Shown here piece by piece: positions 1 through 13,028 of a DNA stretch of 64,000 nt. The notes beneath the pieces were generated by a model, which was not told the DNA's origin, did not search any database, and worked only from the letters and a program-made list of their open reading frames with translations. The DNA is from the human T2T-CHM13v2.0 reference genome, Homo sapiens. The stretch lies in NCBI RefSeq assembly GCF_009914755.1, contig NC_060938.1. The stretch is one strand, 5' to 3'. Positions within the stretch are counted from its first letter, which is position 1, and every line of letters begins with the position of its first letter. The translations under genes were made by a program, and so were the position numbers.

Positions 1-1169
1 CAACTCACAATTTCATACAGATAGTGACTTTCCCCCTCAGTAACTATAAAAAAATACTGTAGTCTACATAATAGTCCATAGAGGACTCAGTTTTATAATC
101 TGAAAAAACTTTGAAGTTGAAACTTTGCCTAGTCTAAAGACTTCAGGTTAATTTCTGCATTGTAGGTTTGGTTTTTGCAGCCAAAGTCTCTTTCATGAAA
201 AGAAAATGTTTTGAATCCTAGCTGAGAATAACAAATAAGAAAATGGACAAGGCATCACATATTGGCCTCTTGCCTGTTTTAAAAGGGTGAAAATGGAAGT
301 AGATAAGCTGCAAAGTGTCCTGTGTGTGATGAATGTTGACACATGAAACAAATGTCTAAAGTGCTTCACAAATGGAACTGTTGTTCCAAAGCATCGTTCA
401 AAGTTGTTCCACTATTAATTTAGGATGAATAGTCTAAATGGTGGCTAAGATTTTTAATTTTTAATTGAATTAATAGTTTCACTTTATTCAAAAGGGGCTA
501 TTATCACGTATTCTCTGTTAATCATGTGTACTTCTAATGGCTTTCTGTGATAGTAAATAAGACTTTCCTGTGGGCTGCCATTGCATTTTTGCTAAATAAT
601 TTAGCATCTAGTTAAGAATCAGGAATAAAAGAGTACTAAGACTGTGTCACAAGCAAATCACAGTTGTTGAGGGCATATTTCACCATCTCTTAAGTGATTC
701 CTTCTCATTGATCAATCCCCCTTCTTCAGGGTGTTATATGGAACTCAATATTGGATCATTTTTATAATTGATTATCAATACCACGTGTTACTGTTACCCA
801 CATCTAATGGCTCCTTCCTCTTGGTAGTAGAATTATTAGTAGGTACTCTTCAGACACAGTGTAAAAGCTCAGAAACAACTCTCTGAGGACCTCTAGCATT
901 AAAAAAAAAAAATAGCGGCTACCACATGTATTACTATTTTGTGTGTATTTTTTAAAGAGCTTTAGAGAAGGTCTTTTGATACTTTGTCTCAGAGATGTCA
1001 AAATAATTTTCCTAGGACACAAAATTAGTAGGAGATAGAACCAAAATTGAGAAATTGGTATGTCTGGCTCCCAAAGCTCTCTCCTCTGATTCAGACTTTC
1101 TGATTTTTGGATATTTACATTGAGGAGAGGACACATTATTGTGCTCTGGACCTCCTACTTTGATATTTG

Positions 1170-1370
1170 TTAGTGTAGTAATTAGAAGCCTGGACTTTAA
1201 AATTCATTGCTTGGGTTTGATTTCCTACTCTGACATTTCTGAGGTTTGTGACTTTGAGCAAATTATTTAACCTCTCAGTGCCTGCCATTTCTTACCTAGT
1301 TTGTAAGATTATTGTGAGATTAAATGAAATAATGTAAAGCACTTAGAATAGGTGTACCTATTTATTGTTG
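1170..1370. mobile_element. MIR SINE remnant
   Basis: MIR core-like gtgactttgagcaaattatttaacctctcagtgcct...gagattaaatgaaataatgtaaagcacttag; boundaries approximate. Confidence 0.65.
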
Positions 1371-1719
1371 TTCTTTTTTATTTATTGTAATACATCAGTT
1401 TTCTCTAAGTACTCTTGGAATCTCCAGCTAATGCTTTATGTTTTTAGTTAATACAGTCATTGTAAGTGATTTCTAGATGTGTAATTTTTCTGACAATATA
1501 AATACATTTCTGACTTTATAATTTTCATAAGCAAATAATCCATAATCTTAAGCATGCCAGAGGAGTTAATACAAAGTGTTGAGAAGGGATGAAGCTGGAG
1601 CTACACCTGGGTAAGGATTATTCCCCAAACCTGTCTACCATCAAACTGGATTTGTAAAAGATAAAAATTATCACCGTTATCTCATTATATAAACTCTTGA
1701 AGGTTTTTCTTTTGCTACT

Positions 1720-3260
1720 TTTTCATTCATCTAAAGATATTTATCGAATATTTTGTCTGTGACATGCACTGTTCCACATGCTGATTTTAAATAACAAAAA
1801 ACAAAAAAATAAAAGAAGCAACCAAAAAAAAGTTCATTCTTTTGGAGCTTAAATTCTAGTAGGGCAGAAAGATAAGAAGTAAGTAATATTGTATATTGGA
1901 AAATGATAACTGCTTAGAAAAAAAAAATAAGCAGGGAAGGAGTGTTAGCAGCAGTGAATCCATACGGGCCTGCAGCAGCTCGATTCTTGCTTCCTTGGAG
2001 GAAATAATTTGGCCAGGGGAACATAAGGCAGAGTGAGAGATCAAGGCAAGTTTTAGAACAGGCATGAGAGTTTATTAAAATGTTTTAGAGCAGGAATGAA
2101 AGGAAGTAAAGTACACTTGTAAGAGGCCAAGCGGGCGACTTGAGAGGGTCAAGTGTGCTGTCTGACCATTGACTTGGGCCTGTATATATTGCTATGGTTC
2201 CGGGGTTTGCATTTCTTCTTACCTGATTTTTCCTTGGGGCAGGCTGTCTGCATGAGCAATGGCCTGCCAGCACTTGGGAGGGATCGCATATGCAGTGTGT
2301 TTACTGAAGTTGTGCACATGCTCATTTGAGGCTTTTTTTCCTTACCAGTTGAGTGTTCCTAGAGGAAGGTCATATAACAGTTAAAGTCTGCCATTTTGCC
2401 TCTTAGTACACGTTTGAGCCAACTCACACAACTCTTGAAAACTTATCAGGAAGCTGCTGATGACCAGCTTCAGTTGTTTTCTATCTATTTAGGAGACTGC
2501 CGTTCCCTGGCACCAGCTGTGACTAGTTAAATTATTTTAGAGAGATACTTTAACAACTGCCTGACCATCACCTGATGGTCGCCTGACATTGCTTGGAGGT
2601 TAAGGGGGTGCCTTCTTCTGCCCTCTTAAGGCTGCCTAGCTACCTACTCAAACAGGAGGAGAGGGAAAACCAAGGGTTGAGGGTGATAGGCGGGAGTGTT
2701 GGATTTTTAAGTGGGATAATCTGGGAAAACCTTATGAAGATGGTGACATTAGAGCAAAGATTTCAAGGTCATTTAGATGAGCCATGTGAATAGATATCTG
2801 AGAAAAGAGCATTCCAGGGCAGGGAGGATCAAATAGAAAAGCTCTGGAGTAGGAATATACCTGGCAGTGTCAGGGGTTAGCAACAAGACCAGTGTGACTG
2901 AAATAGAGAAATCAAGAAGGATGGTAGTGGGAGATGAGATCAAAGTGAGCCATATTGGGTGGGGTCTTTTAGGTCAAAGTAGTAATTTTGGCTTTGACTC
3001 TGAGCTGAGGAGCCAATTCATGTTAAGAACAAAGTAGTAACATTATTTGTTGATGTTGTAACAGGATCTAGCTGATATATTGAGAACAGACTTTAGATGT
3101 AGGCAATGGTGGAAGCAGGGAGACCTTGTTAGGAGGTTGTTGTAATCCAGGTGAGAGAAGATGGTGTCTCAGTTGGTAAAAGTGCTGGTGGTGATATGTG
3201 AAAAATTAGAAATTAGCTATAAATTTGCTGACAGATTTGTAGGGGATGTTAGACAAACAG
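1720..3260. mobile_element. L2 LINE remnant interrupted by the LTR at 1943-2654
   Basis: Degenerate L2-like purine-rich text on both sides of the LTR (e.g. gagcattccagggcaggg, tttggctttgactctgag); boundaries approximate. Confidence 0.55.
1943..2654 (-). mobile_element. ERV1 solo LTR, MER4 group (MER50-like)
   Basis: TG...CA termini, perfect 4-bp TSD GGAG (1939-1942 / 2655-2658), 712 bp. Subfamily assigned from recalled consensus. Confidence 0.75.
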
Positions 3261-3482
3261 AGACTCTTGCTTTTTACTTTTCTTTCTTGCTAAATGCAAG
3301 TCATAATTTTTATTTAATGCAATATAAATAAAACCATTTGTAGCAGCCCTAAAGTTTCTCTTTTTAGTTTACTGGAGATTTTACTTTACTCTGCAGGTAA
3401 TCCAGCATGTTGTAATTGAAATTACTGATGCTACACAGAATGGGAATTACTGATGCTAAATAATCATTTTATTAGTTTAGAC

Positions 3483-3688
3483 CAGGACTCAGCAAATTAT
3501 GGCCCAGAGACCAAATCTGGCTCATTGCCTGTTTTTATAAATAAAGTTTTATTCAAACACAGCCACACCTATTCATTTGCATATTATCTATGGCAGCTTT
3601 CTGCTACAAAGGCAAAGGATCTTAGAGATCTGTAGAGACTAAAATATTTACTGTCTGGCCCGTTAATGAAAAAATTTGCTGACCCTTG
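3483..3688. mobile_element. MER58A-like hAT-Charlie MITE
   Basis: TIRs caggactcagcaaa / tttgctgacccttg; 8-bp TSD gtttagac / gtttatac. Confidence 0.8.
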
Positions 3689-4116
3689 GTTTATACTGTT
3701 AAGAGTTGTGTAAAAATTTTCCTCTGATCTTTTTCCAGTCACTCAGAGTGTTTAAATATGAAGAGAAAAATTAAAAGGGGGCATGAAATGATAGTAGAGA
3801 GAACCAAGAGGTACTAATACTAACGTCAACTTCTTTCTCTATGTTAATTTACTCATTTGTTTGCTTTGCGTATTCACTTTCCTCCACATCTTTGTAGTGC
3901 TTTGTCTGTGTTGAGAAACAAGTGCAGCTGACTAGCTTGAACAAAAAAAGTATATTTTCTCAACAGTGAAAATTTACTATAGGAATGACTATTGGATTTT
4001 AAGAGACTAATTTTTGAATTGCACAACCTTGATAGAAAATAAAAGATGAGTACCAGTGTCAATGCGAGCATCAATCTTTATGAGGAATCTGGCATTCTTC
4101 TTAAGACTTTGTGTAA

Positions 4117-4299
<183 letters not shown>

Positions 4300-4500
4300 T
4301 AAGAATAAATTTGAGTGAAAAAAAGAAGGATCATAATATAACTAAGAGTAATAATTTCAGTTGTTTTTAGTCTTCCTGGCCCTTGAAAATCAGTACTCAC
4401 ACATTTTACATATTTATTCAGAAAGACACTGTGTTATGCCTTGAGTGGAATACAAAGATGGCTAAAACAAAGACCCTGTCCTAAAGGGAGCTACTTCTTA

Positions 4501-4504
4501 CACA

Positions 4505-4539
<35 letters not shown>
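4501..4539. repeat. (CA)n microsatellite
   Basis: Read directly from sequence. Confidence 0.9.
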
Positions 4540-4542
<3 letters not shown>

Positions 4543-6388
4543 ACAATACAAATATAACATCTTACATTTTATAGGAGAGAAATAGATGAAATGCTTATTG
4601 GAGTTTTGAGTAAGGAGACATCAGGGATAGTCTTGTAGAGAATGTATTGTTTGAAGTAAACTGTAAAAGATAGTTAAATAGGATTTGGACACACAGAAAT
4701 GAAGGAAAAGAATGTACCAGCTGGAGGTTATCAGCTAAGCAGTGGCTCGTAACTGGGAAAGAACAGTACAGGAACCCATATGATAAGTGTGGCAGTTCAG
4801 TTTGTCTGGAATTTTAGGTTGTGTGAAAGGAGGGATGGAGAATAAGTTGGAAAGGTAGGCTTGGAAACAGATTACAGAGGTTAAGGTTTATGGTACATAG
4901 GCAGTAAGGGGTCACTGAAAGATTTTACTTATTTGTTTTATAAATGTTATTATAACAAATAGAAAGTATTGGTAAACATCAAGTCTCAGACCCTTTAAAA
5001 TTAATTTCACTTTGTTTTTTGTGTTCTTTTCTAGTTCTTATTAATATGTACACACCGTCTTACATATATGTAAGAAAATAATTTATTTTTGATTTTGTTT
5101 TTCTGCTTAATATGCCATAAGCATTTTTCTATTTTGGAGTCACAACCTGCTTTTGAAATGTTTTACATACAAAAGTGGTATGAGAGTGGTACTTAAGTGA
5201 TATTAATCTGAAACTAGTATTTTAGTTGAACTTGATTATTTGAAGAGACTAGAAGCAGGGAGACCATTTAAGATAAGAGGACCATAGTGCAGGTAAGAAG
5301 TATTAAGGTATGTGGCAGTTTGCTTTGGAAGTGAAGAGACAAATTTGAGAGAGATTGGGAAGATAAAATTGATAGGCCTTTCCAAGTAGATGAAAGAACT
5401 GAAATGGCTGGGATAATGGGGACATCATTATCTGATAAGGTGCTGAGGGACAGAATAGTTTTCAGGGGAAAACAATGAGTCAGTAGAATCTTCAAATCTC
5501 AAAATGTTTGAAGTTGAAATGACCTTGGAACATCCTCCACCCTCATCCTTTTCTAATGCTGTGGATGGCATACTGTGTACGCTCTACTTTCCCTGTAAAA
5601 TTAAAGTATTGTATAAAAGCAAAATGACAGCCAGTGATATGGTTCTGTATATTTTAAGGTGCACATTTTTCTACACTTAAATAGGAAAAAATAGAAAATC
5701 AAGTGTTTAAAGAGATCATTAAAAACCAAACTGATCTTGGCATGCTATCTTGGTCTCATACCCACATGGCCATTCATCAGAGGTGTCTGCAGAATGAGAA
5801 ACACTTCACCTCCTGTAGGGAAGAGGTAATTATCTCCTATCAACTAGAACCTCACTCAGTGAACTATAAACAGCTGGTGGTGCAGAACCATCATCCTTAT
5901 TTAAAATGGAAATAACTGTGGTTTCTGAGCTTCCTCCATTTCCTCTTATTCGTTAAATTTTCACCAACTATATCTGGTGATAGTTCTAAACTATGATCTA
6001 GTGATAGTTCAGCTACCTAAACTGTAACAAGTACCTGCCACCTGTTTTAGTTTCCTTTTTTTTTTCCTCTTGGTTTGTGGGTGGCCAAGTGCTTTCACCT
6101 GTAGTACTAATTTGATCCTCTATATGCTGATTTTTGTGGTTCCGTATTAGAGAATTTCATTTGCAAATCATGCTAATAATTTAAAGCTACATTGGCTTTT
6201 TAAATCTTTTAAACTATAGCAAAACCTAGCACTTTACTTGGACCTTACCTTCAGTTTCAGATATTGCTATTTAACTTTACTTTCATGCTTTTCCTTTTTC
6301 CCCCCATTGGAAGGAAAAGGTGATTTTTTTTTTAATTTTCAAGGAGATAGGGACAATCTCAGTAGAAAAAAAGTGCTTTGGAAAAATA

Positions 6389-9300
6389 TTTTTCTTTTTT
6401 TCATAGGTTGTTGGAGTACAGGTGGTATTTGATTACATGTTCTTTAGTGGTGCTTGGTGAGATTTCTGTGTGCCCATCACCTGAGCAGTATACACTGCAC
6501 CCTATTTGTAGTCTTTCATCGCTCGCTCCCCTCCCACCCGTCCCTCCAAGTCCCCAAAGTTCATTGTATCATTCTTATGCCTTTGTGTCCTCATTAGCTT
6601 AGCTCCCACATATCAGTGAGAACATATGGTATTTGGTTTTCTATTCCTGAGTTACTTCACTCAGAATAATAGTCTCCAATCTCATGGAAGTCGCTGCAAA
6701 TGTCGTTAATTCATTCCTTTTTATGGCCAAATAGTATTCCACTCTGCATATACATATACATATACACATACATATACATATGCCACAATTTCTTTATTCA
6801 CTCGTTGATTGACGGGCATTTGGGTTGGTTCCACAATTTTGCATTTGCGAACTGTGCTGCTATAAACATGCATGTGCAAGTATCTTTTTCATGTAACGAC
6901 TCCTTTTACTGGGTAGATACCCAGTAGTGGGATTGCTGGATCAAATGGTAGCTCTACTTTTAGTTCTTTAAGAATCTCCACACTGTTTTCCCTAGTGGCT
7001 GTGCTAGTTACATTCCCACCAGCAGTGTAGAAGTGTTCTCTGATCACCGCATCCAGGCCAAACATCTACTGTTTTTTGATTTTTTGATAATAGCCATTCT
7101 TGCAGGAGTAAGGTGGTATTGCACTGTGGTTTTGATTTACGTTTCCCTGATCATTAGTGATGTTGAGCATTTTTTCATGTTTGTTGGCCATTTGTATATC
7201 GTCTTTTGAGAATTGTCTATTCATAGCCTTAGCCCACTTTTTGGTGGGATTTTTTTTTTCTTACTGGTTTGAGTTCTTTGTAGATTCTGTGTATTAGTCC
7301 TTTGTCAGATGCAGACTTTGCAAAGATTTTCTCCTGCTCTGTGGGTTGTGTGTTTACTCTGCTGACTGTTCCTTTTGCTGTGCAAAAACTCTTTAGTTTA
7401 ATTACCTCTGAGCTATTTATCTTTGTTTTTATTGCATTTGCTTTTGGGTTCTTGATTATGAAATCCTTGGCTATGCCAGTGTCTAGAAGGGTTCTTCCAA
7501 TGTTATCTTCTAGAATTTATATAGTTTCAGGTCTCAGATTTAAGTCCTTATTCCATCTTGAGTTGATTTTTGTATAAGGTGAGAGATGAGGATTCAGTTT
7601 CATTCTCCTACATGTGGCTAGCCAATTATCCCGGCACCATTTGTTGAAAAGGGTGTCCTTTGCTCTCCCCTCTCCCCTCTCCCCTCCCCCCCCCCGTCTC
7701 CCCAGGGTCTCCCTCTCCCTCTCTTTCCACGGTCTCCCTCTGATGCTGAGCCGAAGCTGGACTGTACTGCTGCCATCTCGGCTCACTGCAACCTCCCTGC
7801 CTGATTCTCCTGCCTCAGCCTGCCGAGTGCCTGCGATTGCAGGCGCGCGCCGCCACGCCTGACTGGTTTTCGTATTTTTTTGGTGGAGACGGGGTTTCGC
7901 TGTGTTGGCCGGGCTGGTCTCCAGCTCCTAACCGCGAGTGATCCGCCAGCCTCGGCCTCCTGAGGTGCCTGGATTGCAGACGGAGTCTCGTTCACTCAGT
8001 GCTCAGTGGTGCCCAGGCTGGAGTGCAGTGGCGTGATCTCGGCTCGCTACAACCTCCACCTCCCAGCCGCCTGCCTTGGCCTCCCAAAGTGCCGAGATTG
8101 CAGCCTCTGCCTGGCCGCCACCCCGTCTGGGATGTGAGGAGCCCCTCTGCCTGGCTGCCCAGTCTGGAAAGTGAGGAGCGTCTCTGCCCAGCCGCCATCC
8201 CATCTAGGAAGTGAGGAGCGCCTCTTCCCGGCCACCATCCCATCTAGGAAGTGAGGAGCGTCTCTGCCCGGCCGCCCATCGTCTGAGATGTGGGGAGCGC
8301 CTCTGCCCCGCCGCCCCGTCTGGGATGTGAGGAGCGCCTCTGCCCGGCCACGACCCCGTCTGGGAGGTGAGGAGCGTCTCTGCCCGGCTGCCCCATCTGA
8401 GAAGTGAGGAGACCCTCTGCCAGGCAGCCGCCCCGTCTGAGAAGTGAGGAGCCCCTCCGCCCGGCAGCCACCCCGTCTGAGAAGTGAGGAGCGTCTCCGC
8501 CCGGCAGCCACCCTGTCCGGGAGGGAGGTGGGGGGTCAGCCCCCACTCGGCCAGCTGCCCTGTCCGGGAGGGAGGTGGGGGTCAGCCCCCGCCCGGCCAG
8601 CTGCCCCGTCCGGGAGGGAGGTGGGGGGTCAGCCCCTGCCCGGCTAGCCGCCCCGTCCGGAAGGTGAGGGGCGCCTCTGCCCGGCCACCGCTACTGGGAA
8701 GTGAGGAGCCCCTCTGCCCGGCCACCACCCGGTCTGGGAGGTGTACCCAACAGCTCATTGAGAACGGGCCATGATGACAATGGCGGTTTTGTGGAATAGA
8801 AAGGGGGGAAAGGTGGGGAAAAGATTGAGAAATCGGATGGTTGCTGTGTCTGTGTAGAAAGAAGTAGACATGGGAGACTTTTCATTTTGTTCTGTACTAA
8901 GAAAAATTCTTCTGCCTTGGGATCCTGTTGATCTATGACCTTACCCCCAACCCTGTGCTCTCTGAAACATGTGCTGTGTCCACTCAGCGTTAAATGGATT
9001 AAGGGCGGTGCAAGATGTGCTTTGTTAAACAGATGCTTGAAGGCAACATGCTCGTTAAGAGTCATCACCACTCCCTAATCTCAAGTATCCAGGGACACAA
9101 ACACTGCGGAAGGCTGCAGGGTCCTCTGCCTAGGAAAACCAGAGACCTTTGTTCACTTGTTTATCTGTGGACCTTCCCTCCGCTATTGTCCTATGACCCT
9201 GCCAAATCCCCCTCTGCGAGAAACACCCAAGAATGATCAATTAAAAAAAAAAAAAAAAAAAAAGAAAAGGGTGTCCTTTCCCCACTTGTTTGCTTTGTTG

Positions 9301-11369
9301 AAGATCAGTTGGCTGTAAGTTTTTGGCTGTAAATAAATTTCTGAGTTCTCTATTCTGTTGCATTGGTCTATGTGCCTATTTTTATACCAGTACCATGCCA
9401 TTTTGGTGACTATGGCTTTATAGTATAATTTGAAATCAGGTAGTGTGATGCCTCCAGATTTATTCTTTTTGCTTAGTCTTGCTTTGACTATGCGGACTCT
9501 TTTTTGGTTCCATATGAATTTTAGAATTGTTTTTTCTAATTCTGTGAAGAATGATGGCGGTATTTTGATGGGGATTGCATTGAATTTGTAGATTGCATTT
9601 GGCAGTATGGTCATTTTCACAATGTTGATTCTGCCCATCCATGAACATGGGATGCGTTTCCATTTGTTTGTGTCATCTATGATTTCTTTCAGCACTATTT
9701 TGTAGTTCTCCTTGTAGAGGTCTTTTGCCTCCTCGGTTAGGTATATTCCTAAGTATTTTATTTTATTTTTATTTTTTGCGGCTTTTATAAAAGGGGTTGA
9801 GTTCTTGAATTGAGTCTCTGCTTGGTCGCTGTTGGTGTATAGAGAAGAGCTACTGATTTGTGTATGTTAATGTTGTTTCCGTAAACTCTACTGAATTCTT
9901 CCTCAGTTCTAGCAGCTTTTTGAAAGAATCTTTAGGGTTTTTGAGGTAAATGATCATATCGTCAGCAAACAGTGACGGTTTGACTTCCTCTTTACCGATT
10001 TGGATGCCCTTTCTTTCTCTTGTCTGATTGCTCTGGCTAGGACTTCCAGTACTGTGCCAAAGAGGAGTGGTGAGAGCGGGCATCCTTGTCTTATTCTAAT
10101 TCTCACAGGGAATGCTTTCAACTTTTCCCCATTTAGTATTATGTTGGCTGTGGGTTTGTCATAGCTTTTATTACACTGAGGTATGTCCCTTGTATGCCAA
10201 TTTTGCTGAGAATTTTAGTCATAAAGCGATGCTGGATTTTGTTGAGTGCTTTTTCTGCATCTATTGAAATGGTCATGCAATTTTTGTTTTCAATTCTTTT
10301 TATGTGGTGTATGACATTTATTGACTTGCGTATATTAAACCATCCCTGCATCCCTGGTATGAAACCCACTTGAACATGGTGGATTATCTTTTTGATATGT
10401 TGTTGGATTTGGCTAGCTAGTATTTTGTTAAGGATTTTAGTGTCTATTTTCATCAGAGATACTGGTCTGTAGTTTTCTTTTTCAGTTAATGTCCTTTCCT
10501 GGTTTTGGTATTAGGGTGATGCTGGCTTCATAGAATGAATTAGGGAGGGTTCCCTCTTTCTCTGTCTTGTGGACTAGTATCGAAAGGATTGGTACCAATT
10601 CTTCCTTTAAATGTCTGGTAGAATTCAGCTGTGAATCCATTTGGTCCTGGACTTTTTTTTTTTGTTGGTAACTTTTTAATTACCATTTCAATCTTGTTGC
10701 TTGTTATTGTTCTGTTCAGGGTATCTAATTCTTCCTGATTTAAGCTAGGAGGGTTGTATTTTTCCAGGAATTTATCCATCTCCTCTAGGTTTTCTAGTTT
10801 ATATGCATAAAGGTGCTCATAGTAGCCTTGAATGATCTTTTGTATTTCTGTGGTGTCAGTTGTAGTATCTCCTGTTTTGTTTCTTATTGAGGTTATTTGG
10901 ATTTTTTCTCTTCTTTTCTTGGCTAATCTTGCCAATGATCTATCAATTTTATTTATCTGTTCAAAGAACCTGCTTTTTGTTTCATTTATCTTTTGTATTT
11001 TTTTGTTTGTTTGTTTCCATTTCATTTAGTTTTGCTCTGATTTTGGTTATTTCCTTTCTTCTGCTGGGTTTGGGTTTGGTTTGTTCTTGTTTCTCTAGTT
11101 CCTTGAGGTGTGACCTCAGAATGTCAGTTTGTACTCTTTCAGTCTTTGTGATGTAGGCATTTAGGGCTATGAACTTTCCTCTTAGCACCACCTTTGCCAT
11201 ATCCCAGAGGTTATGGTAGGATTTGTCGTTACTGTCATTCAGTTCAAAGAATTTTTAAATTTCCATGTTGATTTTGTTTTTGACCCAGTGATCATTCAGG
11301 AGCAGGTAATTTAATTTCCATGTGTTTGCATGGTTTTAAAGGTTCCAGTTGGAGTTGATTTCTAGTTTA
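6389..11369 (-). mobile_element. 5'-truncated L1 (L1PB-like), antisense to FUT8, split by the SVA at 7662-9263
   Basis: L1PB-type 3' end at ~6400. Frameshifted ORF2 fragments in ORFs 9237..9695, 9850..10083, 10139..10453, 10540..11025 and 10982..11200 (e.g. [22 protein letters not shown]). Confidence 0.9.
7662..9263 (+). mobile_element. Full-length SVA retrotransposon (SVA_D-like): CT-rich 5' repeat, Alu-like region, VNTR (~8100-8740), SINE-R, poly(A)
   Basis: All SVA domains present in order. Perfect 16-bp TSD gaaaagggtgtccttt (7646-7661 / 9264-9279) at a TT|GAAAA L1-endonuclease-type site. Subfamily tentative. Confidence 0.96.
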
Positions 11370-12269
11370 CAGTCATATATAGCTCAGTTGTGAGAAGAAG
11401 TTTGGTCTCAATTTTATTAACCTGTATATTGGTTTTACTTGAGAGGAGCAATTTCACAGGACATAATGGAAAATTGAAAAGGCACTTTGGGCAACTAGAG
11501 TTTAGTGGGACAAAGTTCATAGTTGTCAAAATCATTTTCTCTTTAGAGTTGAAGGCAGTATGGCATGGTTTACAAAGATTAAACTGATTAAAAGATTATA
11601 ATACTCGGATTGAAGACAACCCTAATAGACAAGTATGCTATCAGGCTCAAATAGAATGGATCAAGCAAATCTTGTAAGGGCTTTAGTCTTTTACTGTATA
11701 TGTTTATCTAAAAAGTTTTTTCCCGCAAAGTGAACATATAATATTGGGTTGTATTAAATGCCATTTTGTCCTGGTCTTACTCTTGTGTTATATAATCATA
11801 ACATTGAGAAAATGCTATTGTTTCTATTTCTGTAGTTTCTGATGAAGTCCATTTTTAAAACTGCACGTTGCTGATATATATTCATTATGAGTCCACATTT
11901 TACCATAATATAAGTCATTTTCCTAGACTTTTGGGTGATTTTATGTGGAAGAGATTATCTTTAGAAAATTTATGTTGCGATTTCTGATGAGCTCATGTTA
12001 AACAGGCACGATGAGTGAGATCTGTATACTTCAAGCCTTAGTTTTTTAACTTGTTTGGAGCAGTTGGAAGTTGGCAGTTCTCATGTAAAGTGCTGCTAGT
12101 TAGAGCAAATAGCCTCTGCAGAAGGATATCTCCGAGTTTAACTTGAAATTATCTGTCTCTGATATACGAAAATGGATTTTGTTTTCTGCATAGCCCCAAA
12201 GTTGATATTTTAAGCAAAATTAAGCCCATTTCAGGTGAATAAAGTATGTAAAAAGAAATAACAGTAAAG

Positions 12270-13028
12270 ATTTATTTATATTTATTTATTTATTTTGTGG
12301 AGATGGGATCTCCCTATTGTTGCAGTCTGCTTAGTCCCTAGCTCAGCTAGGTCTGAGTTCTTGTTCCACAACCAAGAAGAATAAGGCGTGTGGACACCAG
12401 AGAGTGAGTAGAGTAGGATTTCTTAAGCAAAAGGAAAGGTCTCAGCAAACAGAGGGGCCCTGAAAGCAGGTTGCCAGAAACGGGACTTACTTCTGGTCTT
12501 TTGTGTGGCAGAAGCCAGGAAGTCGTCGTGGATTTTGCCCAAATAGGAGAGGTAAAGCTCCCTCCTAGGGGTGTTGCATCTGCCCACGCTTGGAGTTGGC
12601 CAGAGTGACTTCATCTTGGTATTACTCATGAGTGCCTAAGCCAAACCCACAGGTGCTAAAACCACAATGTTAATGTCATGTTAATGACATAATGAGCTTG
12701 GTCAAGTTAACAACATTTAGGTTGATTTATTGCACCTGCGCCTAAGTTGGGTCAGTCGTTTCTGAGCAACACCCTGGCACAAGGTGAAGTTCGTAACCAC
12801 ATTTCTTCTGGTTAGCTGCAGAAGCAGTGTAGGTGCTGTCCTACAGTTGTTCCTGTGAACATTGTCCTTCTCCCAAGACCCTCCGTCTCTATCTGCCTAA
12901 CCAGCCCCTAACTGCCTCCTCTCTCACTGTGTTACCCAGGCTGGTCTCAAACTTCTGAGCTCAAGCAGTCCTCCTGCCTCAGCTTCCCAAAGTGTTGCAA
13001 TCACAGGCGTGAGCCACTGTGTCCGGCC
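12270..13028 (-). mobile_element. FLAM/AluJ-type monomer interrupted by an LTR
   Basis: gagatgggatctccctat [LTR] ctgtgttacccaggctggtctcaaac...gagccactgtgtccggcc. Confidence 0.8.
12318..12926 (-). mobile_element. ERV1-type solo LTR (family not resolved)
   Basis: TG...CA termini, 609 bp, 4-bp TSD ctat/ctgt within the Alu monomer. Strand inferred from resemblance to other LTRs. Confidence 0.7.

Noticed and set aside
8100-8740. Regularly spaced repeats resembling a CRISPR-like array
   Set aside because: SVA VNTR units with no unique spacers, in a eukaryotic context.
7517-9236. Cluster of overlapping GC-rich ORFs on both strands
   Set aside because: They lie within the SVA, whose stop-poor VNTR and Alu-like region generate spurious ORFs.
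9237-11200. Reverse-transcriptase-like ORFs (also at 30311-31677 and 40979-42748)
   Set aside because: Frameshifted remnants of dead, 5'-truncated L1 ORF2; not a novel RT system.
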